In this document: positions 56,816 to 64,000 of the stretch, piece after piece
How the letters are laid out: each line of letters starts with the position of its first letter
Position numbering within the stretch: position 1 is the first letter of the stretch
Source: Candidatus Sulfotelmatobacter sp.
GTDB taxonomy: Bacteria; Acidobacteriota; Terriglobia; Terriglobales; Acidobacteriaceae
Length of the DNA: 64,000 nucleotides
Direction of reading: 5' to 3'
Assembly (NCBI GenBank): GCA_049583505.1
Contig: JBAUVZ010000217.1
Location: forward strand, 362-64,361
Notes under the pieces: model-generated
The model's database searches: none
Told to the model about the DNA's origin: nothing
Seen by the model: the letters and a program-made list of their open reading frames with translations, nothing else
Position numbers and translations under genes: made by a program

Positions 56816-57784
56816 GTGGAAAACGAGCCGATAATGGATCTCGCTCATCTCGGCCACTTGGAATTGCTCACTCCCAAGCCGGAAGAGAGCCTGCGGTTTT
56901 TCGTGCAGGTTATGGGAATGACGGAGAGCGGGCGGCAAGGCGACTCGGTCTACTTGCATGCCTATGATGATTATGAGCGGCATTCGCTGAAACTCACGGC
57001 ATCTAAACTCCCGGGTCTAGGCCATGTAGCGTATCGCGCCCGGAGTCCGCAAGCTCTCGAGCGGCGAGTGGCGGCCCTCAAAGGATCGGGCTTCGACATC
57101 GGCTGGACGGAAGGCGACCTGGCACATGGGCCTGCGTTTCTTTGCCAAGACCCGGACGGACATAAGATCGAGCTTTACTACGAAACCCAGTGGTATCAGG
57201 CGCCGCCTGAGCTGCGGCCCGCACTCAAGAATCAGGCGCAGAAATTTCCCGCACGCGGCATCAACGTGCGTCGCCTCGACCACTGGAACGGGCTCGCGGC
57301 CGATGTCAAAGCCAACCGCGAGTTCTTCGAAAGATATCTCGGCTTTCGCTTGACCGAGCAAATTGTCATGGACGACGGCTCGGAAGCCGGCATCTGGATG
57401 ACGTGCACGAATAAAAGCTACGATTTTGCCTACACGCGCGACCACACCGGTGCCACGGGACGCTTTCACCACATCACCTATGCAGTCAACAGCCGGGAAG
57501 AAGTTTTGCTTGCGGCGGATATCTGCCTGGAAAATGGCGTTTACATCGAAACTGGTCCTCATAAACACGCAATTCAGCAGACCTTCTTCTTATACGTGTA
57601 CGAGCCCGGAGGCAACCGGGTTGAGATTGCCAATGCCGGTGCGCGTCTGATCCTGGCCCCGGACTGGAAGCCGATCCGATGGAGTGAAGCCGAACGGAAG
57701 AAAGGACAAGCGTGGGGGCTGAAAACGATCGAATCGTTTCATACGTACGGAACGCCTCCGGTGGAGCCGCAAGCAAAGCCATAG
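56816..57784 (+). CDS. Type I (VOC superfamily) extradiol ring-cleavage dioxygenase, catechol 2,3-dioxygenase-like
   Basis: Two-domain VOC pattern: HLGHLELLT...FF...MG, LGHVAYR, then RLDHWNG...F....LGF and FHHITYAV...GPHKH...FFLYVYEPGGNRVE. Confidence 0.85.
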   Translation: MENEPIMDLAHLGHLELLTPKPEESLRFFVQVMGMTESGRQGDSVYLHAYDDYERHSLKLTASKLPGLGHVAYRARSPQALERRVAALKGSGFDIGWTEGDLAHGPAFLCQDPDGHKIELYYETQWYQAPPELRPALKNQAQKFPARGINVRRLDHWNGLAADVKANREFFERYLGFRLTEQIVMDDGSEAGIWMTCTNKSYDFAYTRDHTGATGRFHHITYAVNSREEVLLAADICLENGVYIETGPHKHAIQQTFFLYVYEPGGNRVEIANAGARLILAPDWKPIRWSEAERKKGQAWGLKTIESFHTYGTPPVEPQAKP

Positions 57785-57811
57785 GCGGCAAGCGGTCAAA
57801 TACATAACACA

Positions 57812-58531
57812 ATGAACAGCAAACGCACAGCCCTCGTCGTGAGCGCCCATGCGGCGGACTTTGTATGGCGGGCAGGCGGGGCGATCGCCTTGTATGCCGA
57901 GCGGGGCTGGGAGGTTACCGTTGTTTGTCTGTCGTTTGGGGAGCGTGGCGAATCGGCGAAACTCTGGCGCGAGCCGGGCATGACGATGGAGAAAGTCAAA
58001 AGCAACAGGAAAGATGAGGCGACGCACGCGGCTGGGATTCTCGGGGCCAAGATGATTTTCTTCGATGTTGGCGACTACCCCATGAGAATTTCGGATAGCG
58101 TCCTTTACGACCTAGCTATGCTTTACCGAAAAGTCCGGCCGGAGTTCGTCCTTACCCACTCCCTCAAAGATCCTTACAATTTCGATCATCCTCTGGTTTC
58201 TCATGCTGCGCAGGAGGCGCGCATCGTGGCGCAGGCGCATGGGCACGAACCGGGCACGCCGGTAATCGGTGCGCCGCCGGTTTTCCTGTTCGAGCCACAC
58301 CAGCCAGAACAGTGCGAATTTAAGCCCCAGTTGCTGCTCGACGTCACTCCAGTTTGGCCCAAGAAATATGAGGCCTTCAAAGCCATGAACGCCCAGGAGC
58401 ATCTCTGGCATTACTACGAGCGGGTTGCGCTGCAGCGCGGTGTGCAGGCCTCGCGCAATTCCAATAAGACCATCAAATATGGAGAAGCCTATCAGCGCGT
58501 ATTTCCGCAGGTCACGGAGGAGCTGGCATGA
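57812..58531 (+). CDS. galB: PIG-L/LmbE family protein, GalB-like 4-oxalomesaconate hydratase candidate
   Basis: [15 protein letters not shown] and the HxxDxH-type PIG-L motif region. It sits in the position of galB, next to the aldolase and the tautomerase. Confidence 0.7.
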   Translation: MNSKRTALVVSAHAADFVWRAGGAIALYAERGWEVTVVCLSFGERGESAKLWREPGMTMEKVKSNRKDEATHAAGILGAKMIFFDVGDYPMRISDSVLYDLAMLYRKVRPEFVLTHSLKDPYNFDHPLVSHAAQEARIVAQAHGHEPGTPVIGAPPVFLFEPHQPEQCEFKPQLLLDVTPVWPKKYEAFKAMNAQEHLWHYYERVALQRGVQASRNSNKTIKYGEAYQRVFPQVTEELA

Positions 58532-59205
58532 ACGAACCTGTTGTGGTTCGCAACGTGGAGCAACCGCCTGCCGAAGTCGTGGCCGCCCTGGAAAAACTCG
58601 GTGTAACCACGGTGCACGAAGCGCAAGGACGTTGCGGCCTACTCGCCTCCTACATGCGTCCGATTTTTCCCGGCACCACCATAGCCGGCCCTGCAGTAAC
58701 CGTCTCGCTTCCTCCCGGCGACAACCTGATGATCCACGTGGCCGTTGAAGTATGCCACGAAGGAAATATTCTCGTCGTGGCTCCGACTTCACCCTGCACT
58801 GACGGTTATTTTGGCGAGCTGCTCGCGACGTCGCTCCGTGCGCATGGCGTAACGGGACTAGTGATTGATGCGGGTTGTCGTGATATTCGCCCTTTAACGG
58901 AAATGAAGTTTCCCGTCTGGAGCCGTGCCATCCATTCCCAGGGAACCGTCAAGAGCACACTCGGATCGGTGAATCTTCCGGTGGTATGTGCGGGAGCGCT
59001 GGTGGAAGCCGGTGATGTGATCGTCGCAGATGATGATGGAGTCGTCGTGGTCAAGCGAACCGTGGCGGGCGAAGTGGCCTCGGCCGCGGAGCAGCGGGCG
59101 CGCAAGGAAGATGCGACACGCCAGCGGCTGGCCCGCGGTGAACTCGGACTTGACATCTACGGCTTGCGGAAGAAGGTCGCGGACCTGGGACTGAAATACA
59201 TCTGA
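58528..59205 (+). CDS. ligK: 4-carboxy-4-hydroxy-2-oxoadipate aldolase / oxaloacetate decarboxylase (RraA-like)
   Basis: RraA-fold pattern VHEAQGR..L, GDNLMIH.A......G..LVV and [10 protein letters not shown]....GV.GLVIDAG.RD. The ATG overlaps the galB-like stop (ATGA 58528-58531). Confidence 0.85.
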   Translation: MNEPVVVRNVEQPPAEVVAALEKLGVTTVHEAQGRCGLLASYMRPIFPGTTIAGPAVTVSLPPGDNLMIHVAVEVCHEGNILVVAPTSPCTDGYFGELLATSLRAHGVTGLVIDAGCRDIRPLTEMKFPVWSRAIHSQGTVKSTLGSVNLPVVCAGALVEAGDVIVADDDGVVVVKRTVAGEVASAAEQRARKEDATRQRLARGELGLDIYGLRKKVADLGLKYI

Positions 59206-59219
59206 AAGCTCTTGCCGCA

Positions 59220-60317
59220 ATGTTTCAAACCTTGCAAACAGCCATCCCTTGTACGCTGATGCGCGGCGGCACGTCAAAAGGCCCTTTCTTTCTGGCTAAC
59301 GACCTACCCAGCGATGTGCAAACACGGGACCGGGTGTTGCTGGCTGCTATGGGCTCGCCCGATACCAGACAGATCGACGGCATCGGCGGTGCAGATCCTC
59401 TGACCAGCAAAGTCGCCATCCTTTCCCGTTCGTCGCGGCCCGGAATTGATGTCGATTATCTCTTTGCTCAAGTTTCTGTGGACCGTCCGCTGGTCGATGT
59501 GACTCCAACCTGCGGAAACATGTTGGCGGGCGTTGGCCCCTTTGCGATCGAGCGCGGCCTGGTTGCACCCGAAGATCCCATCACGCCGGTGACAATTTAT
59601 ATGGTGAACACGGAAACTGTGGCCGTCGCCCACGTGCCCACGCCGGGTGGCGAAGTTACCTATGCCGGGGAAGCATCGATTGCCGGCGTCCCGGGTACGG
59701 CGGCCGCGATTCGCATCGATTTCCGCGATACTGGTGGTTCGGTTTGCGGCGCCCTATTGCCGACCGGCAACATGATCGACCAGATCGACGGAATCGAAGT
59801 GACCCTGATCGACAACGGCATGCCTATGGTTGTGCTGCGCGCTTCAGATCTTGGGAAATCCGGGTACGAAACCCCGGTGGACCTTAACTCCGACCAGGAA
59901 CTCAAAACACGTCTGGAGGCAATTCGTATTCTGGCGGGGGAGCGCATGGGCTTGGGCGACGTGCGTTCGAAGGTGGTCCCGAAGATGACCCTGATCGCGC
60001 CGCCGCAAGCTGGTGGGCACGTAATGACGCGCACTTTCATTCCGCACAAATGTCACTCGGCCATCGGAGTCTTGATGGCGGTGACGGTGGGCACGGCGTG
60101 CATTCTTCCCCAGTCAGTCGCCCGTGGCATCGTGCGCCCCCAAGACGGGCCAGTGCAACTACTCTCGATTGAGCATCCCAGCGGCGAATTTTCGGTTGAG
60201 TTTCAGGTGGAACACAGTGGCGGCGGTCTGAAGGTGATGCGCTCGAGCCTGATTCGAACAGCTCGTGCGCTTTTTCGGGGCGAGTTGCTGGTGCCGGCAA
60301 GCGTGTGGGAGGGATAA
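59220..60317 (+). CDS. galD: 4-oxalomesaconate tautomerase (PrpF family)
   Basis: IPCTLMRGGTSKGPFF N-terminus and CGNMLAGVGPFAIE are PrpF/GalD family hallmarks. Confidence 0.8.
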   Translation: MFQTLQTAIPCTLMRGGTSKGPFFLANDLPSDVQTRDRVLLAAMGSPDTRQIDGIGGADPLTSKVAILSRSSRPGIDVDYLFAQVSVDRPLVDVTPTCGNMLAGVGPFAIERGLVAPEDPITPVTIYMVNTETVAVAHVPTPGGEVTYAGEASIAGVPGTAAAIRIDFRDTGGSVCGALLPTGNMIDQIDGIEVTLIDNGMPMVVLRASDLGKSGYETPVDLNSDQELKTRLEAIRILAGERMGLGDVRSKVVPKMTLIAPPQAGGHVMTRTFIPHKCHSAIGVLMAVTVGTACILPQSVARGIVRPQDGPVQLLSIEHPSGEFSVEFQVEHSGGGLKVMRSSLIRTARALFRGELLVPASVWEG

Positions 60318-60373
60318 GCATCGTCACCTCCGCCGGTGTTTCGCGAACCACGTAACATGCGGAAGTTTCCTAA

Positions 60374-61093
60374 TTAACGGTCGAGAGCTGAGGTTTCTGA
60401 AGCTGCCCCCACCGATCGCAAACCACCACGCGAAAGATTCATGCTTATCTTTGCCCCTATTGCGTGCTCGGCCATCAGGGCGGCCACGCGAGAGCTCTCA
60501 CCGTTTTCCAGCGCCTGAACGATGGCGTGATGCTGGCGGTGCGAGTAGAGCAGGTGGTCGTACATGCGTGGAAGATCAATTTTGTCAAAAGCAATGGCAT
60601 GCGCCGCCGCAAATGGAATTCGCCCGTTGCGTTCGATCGCCTCGGTGACCACTTTGCTCCCAGATCCCTCGACAATCAGCGAATGGAATTGTCGATTCAT
60701 GTCGCCGTACCGCGCTTCGTCTGCCAGAACCAGCTGTCCTTTGGCAATGATTTCGTCTCCCTCACGGAGACATTCGTGTAGAGAGCGGATGAGGCGCCGG
60801 GACGGACCTTGTTCCGCTAACATACGAGCCGCCAGGGCTTCGAGCGCACCGCGTACGTCGATCGCATCCATGATTTCCTGCGGCGTGAATGCCCTCACAA
60901 CAAAACCGCGAGTGTCGAGCTGAGTCAGTACCCCTTCCTGCGCGAGGATGGGTAGAGCCTCACGCACCGGGGTCCGGGAAACTCCGAGCTTGACCGCAAG
61001 TTCGACCTCTCGCACGCGCTCGCCCGGAGGCAGTTCCCCGTGGAGAATCATTTCGCGTATTCTGACGATTACCCTTGAATTCTTTCCCGCCAT
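60374..61093 (-). CDS. GntR family transcriptional regulator (FadR/FCD subfamily)
   Basis: ELAVKLGVSRTPVREALPILAQEGVL wHTH region plus a C-terminal all-helical FCD-like domain. Confidence 0.85.
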   Translation of the reverse strand: MAGKNSRVIVRIREMILHGELPPGERVREVELAVKLGVSRTPVREALPILAQEGVLTQLDTRGFVVRAFTPQEIMDAIDVRGALEALAARMLAEQGPSRRLIRSLHECLREGDEIIAKGQLVLADEARYGDMNRQFHSLIVEGSGSKVVTEAIERNGRIPFAAAHAIAFDKIDLPRMYDHLLYSHRQHHAIVQALENGESSRVAALMAEHAIGAKISMNLSRGGLRSVGAASETSALDR

Positions 61094-61187
61094 TTGTATG
61101 CAAATCGGACACGCCTGCAATTCGCGCCGAAATCCGTGCAGATTCTACTACGCGAGTTGCAGGTTCCCGGGTTGAGATTAACAGTCC

Positions 61188-62036
61188 TCACGCCTCGAGC
61201 CCAAAGAAGCGCATAGCATTTTCCTTCAGGATGAGCGGGCGCACTTCATCGCGAATCGACAGCTTCTGGAAATCGGCCAGCCATCGGTCGGGCGAAATCA
61301 GCGGATAGTCCGAGCCGAACAACACCTTGTGTTTGAGCAGGGTGTTCGCATATTGCACAAGTATCGGCGGGAAATATTTGGGCGACCAACCCGAGAGATC
61401 GATGTAAACCTGCGGCTTGTGCAGGCACACGGAGATGGCCTCGTCCTGCCAGGGAAATGAGGGGTGCGCCATGATAATTGGCATATCTGGGAAGTCGACG
61501 GCCACGTCGTCAATATCCATCGGGTTGCCGTATTTCAAGTGAACCCCGCCGCCCCCGGGCAACCCTGCGCCGATGCCGCTATGGCCAGTATGAAAGATCA
61601 CCGGCAATTTGGCCTGGTTGAGGACTTCGTAAAAAGGGTAGACCAATTTGTCATTGGCATGGAACTGTTGCACGGGAGGATGGAGCTTGAAACCGCGAAT
61701 GCCTCCCGCTGCGATAAGCCGTTGCGCTTCCTCCACCGCCGCCTTGCCGCGCATGGGGTCGACGCTGGCGAAGGCAAACATGATGTCGGAGTTTTCGGCG
61801 GCGAAGGCCGCGACCTCGTCGTTCGGAATGGGTGTGCGTCCGGTAAGCCGCTCGTCCACGCTGAAAATCACGCAGCCGATTTTGCGTGAGCGATAATACT
61901 CAGCCAGAGCATAGCGGTCGCGGTCCACGCCGGAGTTGCCGAAGTATTTCTTTACTGCTTCGTTGACCGCATTCTGGCCGTCTTCACTTTCAAAGTGAAC
62001 GTGCACGTCAATGGCAATCAGGTCGCGAGCGTTCAT
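61188..62036 (-). CDS. Amidohydrolase-2 (PF04909) family hydrolase; CouO-like beta-ketoacyl-CoA hydrolase or LigI/LigW-like enzyme are candidates
   Basis: The AIDVHVHF metal/His motif, GFKLHP, IFHTGHS and GSDYP are present. ATG 62036 overlaps the pcaL stop (ATGA 62033-62036). The ORF-track start at 62177 adds an R-rich extension inside pcaL. Confidence 0.75.
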   Translation of the reverse strand: MNARDLIAIDVHVHFESEDGQNAVNEAVKKYFGNSGVDRDRYALAEYYRSRKIGCVIFSVDERLTGRTPIPNDEVAAFAAENSDIMFAFASVDPMRGKAAVEEAQRLIAAGGIRGFKLHPPVQQFHANDKLVYPFYEVLNQAKLPVIFHTGHSGIGAGLPGGGGVHLKYGNPMDIDDVAVDFPDMPIIMAHPSFPWQDEAISVCLHKPQVYIDLSGWSPKYFPPILVQYANTLLKHKVLFGSDYPLISPDRWLADFQKLSIRDEVRPLILKENAMRFFGLEA

Positions 62037-63232
62037 TTCTTCGTCTCGTGGGGTAGCTGTAACGCCGGCTGCAATCCTGTGTCTTCCAACTCTTTCTGGG
62101 CGATGTGAAACGCCGTGTTGGCCGCGGGCACGCCGGCATAAATCGCGGTTTGAAGCAGCAGCTCTTTCAGATCGCACGGCTCCAATTCATGCCGCAATCC
62201 CGAGCGCAGGTGCATGGCAAACTCTTCCCAGCGCCCGAGTGCCGCCATGGTTGCGAGCACAAGCAATCGCCGCGTCCGTACATCCAATTCCGGACGCGTC
62301 CAGATGGCTCCCCACGCGTAGCGCGTGATCAAATCTTGAAATTCGCGGTTGAAATCGTTGGTCGCAGCAATGGCTCGATCGACGTAATCATCGCCCAGCG
62401 TTGCACGGCGCATGGCGAATCCTGCGTTGGAGCGCTGAGCATCATCCGGCTGGGGCAGCAGAAATTCGAGCAGCGCTGCAAGAAATGACCGGGGCCGCTC
62501 CAGGTTTGAAAGGTGAGCTGCCGGCAACTGCAGAGAACGCGCGTTCGGAATTTGCTTCGCCAAGACTTCGCCGTTGCCTGCCCAGGGAGTTGAAACATCG
62601 CGATCCCCTGAAAGTATTAGGGTCGGAACACGAATGCTCCGCAGGGTCTCCCGCGAATCGAAGTCGCGCAGCGCGGCACAACATCCGGCGTATCCGACTG
62701 GATCAGTTCCCAACAACAACGATTTCACCGCGTTCGCGTAGGCGTTGGCATTGGCCAGAGTTTGTGGCGAGAAAAATCGCTGCATCGCCATATCCACGAT
62801 GGCAGCCATTCCTCCCTCACTTACCATTTTGATTCTCGTTTCCCAGTTGCTGCGCTCGCCAAACCTTGGCGAGGTGTTGGCGAGAACCAGGCTAGTGAGG
62901 CGATCTGCGGCGTTCACGCCAAGCCACTGGCCAATTGCGCCTCCTAACGAGAGGCCGCAAAAGGCAAACTTGCGAATGCCCAGGGAATCAGCCAGGGCGA
63001 GCACATCCCGTCCGAGCAGTTCGATCGCGTATTCGCCTTTGGTTACGTCCGAAGCGCCATGGCCGCGGGTGTCGTATCGCAATACCTGAAAATGGGAAAG
63101 CAGATCGGGAACTTGCGGGGCCCACATCGCATGGTCGGTGCCGATCGAATGGGAAAGGACCAGCACCGGCTTTTCAGGCATTCCCTCGAGCCGGTAGAAC
63201 AGCCGGGCACGGTTGCAATTGGCGAATGGCAA
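62033..63232 (-). CDS. pcaL: Fused 3-oxoadipate enol-lactonase / 4-carboxymuconolactone decarboxylase
   Basis: N-terminal alpha/beta hydrolase (VLVLSHSIGTD, nucleophile elbow GLSLGG). The C-terminal CMD domain is also present (WGAIWTRPELDVRTRRLLVLA...QTAIYAGVPAA). Confidence 0.85.
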   Translation of the reverse strand: MPFANCNRARLFYRLEGMPEKPVLVLSHSIGTDHAMWAPQVPDLLSHFQVLRYDTRGHGASDVTKGEYAIELLGRDVLALADSLGIRKFAFCGLSLGGAIGQWLGVNAADRLTSLVLANTSPRFGERSNWETRIKMVSEGGMAAIVDMAMQRFFSPQTLANANAYANAVKSLLLGTDPVGYAGCCAALRDFDSRETLRSIRVPTLILSGDRDVSTPWAGNGEVLAKQIPNARSLQLPAAHLSNLERPRSFLAALLEFLLPQPDDAQRSNAGFAMRRATLGDDYVDRAIAATNDFNREFQDLITRYAWGAIWTRPELDVRTRRLLVLATMAALGRWEEFAMHLRSGLRHELEPCDLKELLLQTAIYAGVPAANTAFHIAQKELEDTGLQPALQLPHETKK

Positions 63233-63236
63233 GTTC

Positions 63237-64000
63237 TTAATGCTCCCTCTTGTTCGAGGTGGCGCTATTCAGCAATGCCACGCGGAACGCCTCCGCCGAT
63301 CCGAGGTACTGCTCTGGGATCGCGAGTTGGTCAAGCATAGAACGATTCAGGCGTGAGCTGACTTCGGGCAACTCTGCCAACAGTGCAACGAGATCTTTCT
63401 TCTGTGCAATGCTCTTTTGTATTGCGTCCTCCAGGAGCTTACGAGCAACGTCTCGCCCCAAGTCAGCGGCCAGGAGCATCATCGCCCGCTCGGCGAAGAT
63501 CAGGCCCCTTGTGTTGGCAATGTTTTGCCGCATGCGCGCTGGGTCCACCGAAAGCCCCTCCGCAACTTCTGCCAGCGATGATGCCGCCGACCCCGTCGAC
63601 TGAACTATGGACGCTACCGTCGGCCATTCAGATTGCCAGCCACCGAGGGCGCGTTCGTGCTCCTGCACCATTGCCGAAAGAAAACTCGCGACCAACACGG
63701 GAACTCGCTCGGCGGCGGCAAGAGTCAGCGCGCAAGCAATTGGATTTCGTTTGTGCGGCATGGTGGAGGACCCGCCTCTGCCCTCGCCACTCGGTTCGGA
63801 CACTTCGGCCACTTCGCTCTGCATCAGCAAACTGATGTCACGCGCCATCTTGCCCAGCGAACCGGTCAGTACACCGCAGCAGCAGACGAGATTGGCCAGG
63901 CGGTCGCGATGCGTATGCCAGGGCGCTTCGGGGCAGCGCAATCCAAGTTCTTCGGCGAGCGCGCGAGCGACCACTGTTCCTTTATCTGCCAATGATGCCA
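63237..64000 (-). CDS. pcaB: 3-carboxy-cis,cis-muconate cycloisomerase, C-terminal part (gene continues past the right edge)
   Basis: Fumarate-lyase signature GSSTMPHKRNP. It sits directly upstream of pcaL with a 4-nt gap. The reading frame is open to the window end. Confidence 0.85.
   Translation of the reverse strand, partial: ASLADKGTVVARALAEELGLRCPEAPWHTHRDRLANLVCCCGVLTGSLGKMARDISLLMQSEVAEVSEPSGEGRGGSSTMPHKRNPIACALTLAAAERVPVLVASFLSAMVQEHERALGGWQSEWPTVASIVQSTGSAASSLAEVAEGLSVDPARMRQNIANTRGLIFAERAMMLLAADLGRDVARKLLEDAIQKSIAQKKDLVALLAELPEVSSRLNRSMLDQLAIPEQYLGSAEAFRVALLNSATSNKREH

Overview
High-GC (roughly 58-60% by eye) bacterial chromosomal window. The gene content looks like Acidobacteriota (a CarboxypepD_reg-type TonB-dependent receptor, many Sec/Tat-exported glycoside hydrolases); the taxon is inference only. 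Layout: (i) 1-530: 5' end of mraZ (dcw cluster start) running off the left edge, with a sigma70-like promoter and three 10-bp-phased GTGG(T/C) MraZ boxes. (ii) 0.5-8.1 kb: miscellaneous genes (S51 peptidase, YbjQ, CPXCG protein, M24 peptidase, TIM-barrel isomerase, BON protein, a repeat-containing hypothetical, membrane proteins) and a lower-GC patch with two overlapping orphan genes. (iii) 8.5-23.5 kb: eight exported carbohydrate-active enzymes (GH18, clan GH-A, GH51, GDE-like, GH13, DUF2961/GH172, a TIM-like::FGE-sulfatase fusion, GH63-like). (iv) 23.9-30.5 kb: an HxlR-associated operon with 2-oxoacid dehydrogenase E1 alpha/beta, a free-standing lipoyl carrier, an ANL ligase, a saccharopine-dehydrogenase-like protein and a TIM-barrel enzyme, but no E2 or E3. 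(v) 30.5-64 kb: a large catabolic supercluster for lignin-derived aromatics. It holds a PQQ quinohemoprotein ADH, pcaHG, an aldehyde dehydrogenase, an amidohydrolase, cytochrome c and a TonB receptor. It also holds a phenylphosphate-synthase-like dikinase + BCCP + carboxyltransferase + HAD phosphatase operon resembling the acetovanillone/4-hydroxyacetophenone (hpe/acv) pathway, but with no biotin carboxylase gene and with an embedded cupin. The rest is MarR + feruloyl-CoA-synthetase-like ligase + FadB-like enzyme, ligM-like O-demethylase + metF, a VOC extradiol dioxygenase with galB/galC/galD-like genes, GntR, an amidohydrolase, pcaL (pcaD::pcaC) and pcaB (truncated at the right edge). I saw no rRNA, intact tRNA, CRISPR array, transposase or integrase. 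All functional calls come from motif and family recognition by eye, not from database searches.
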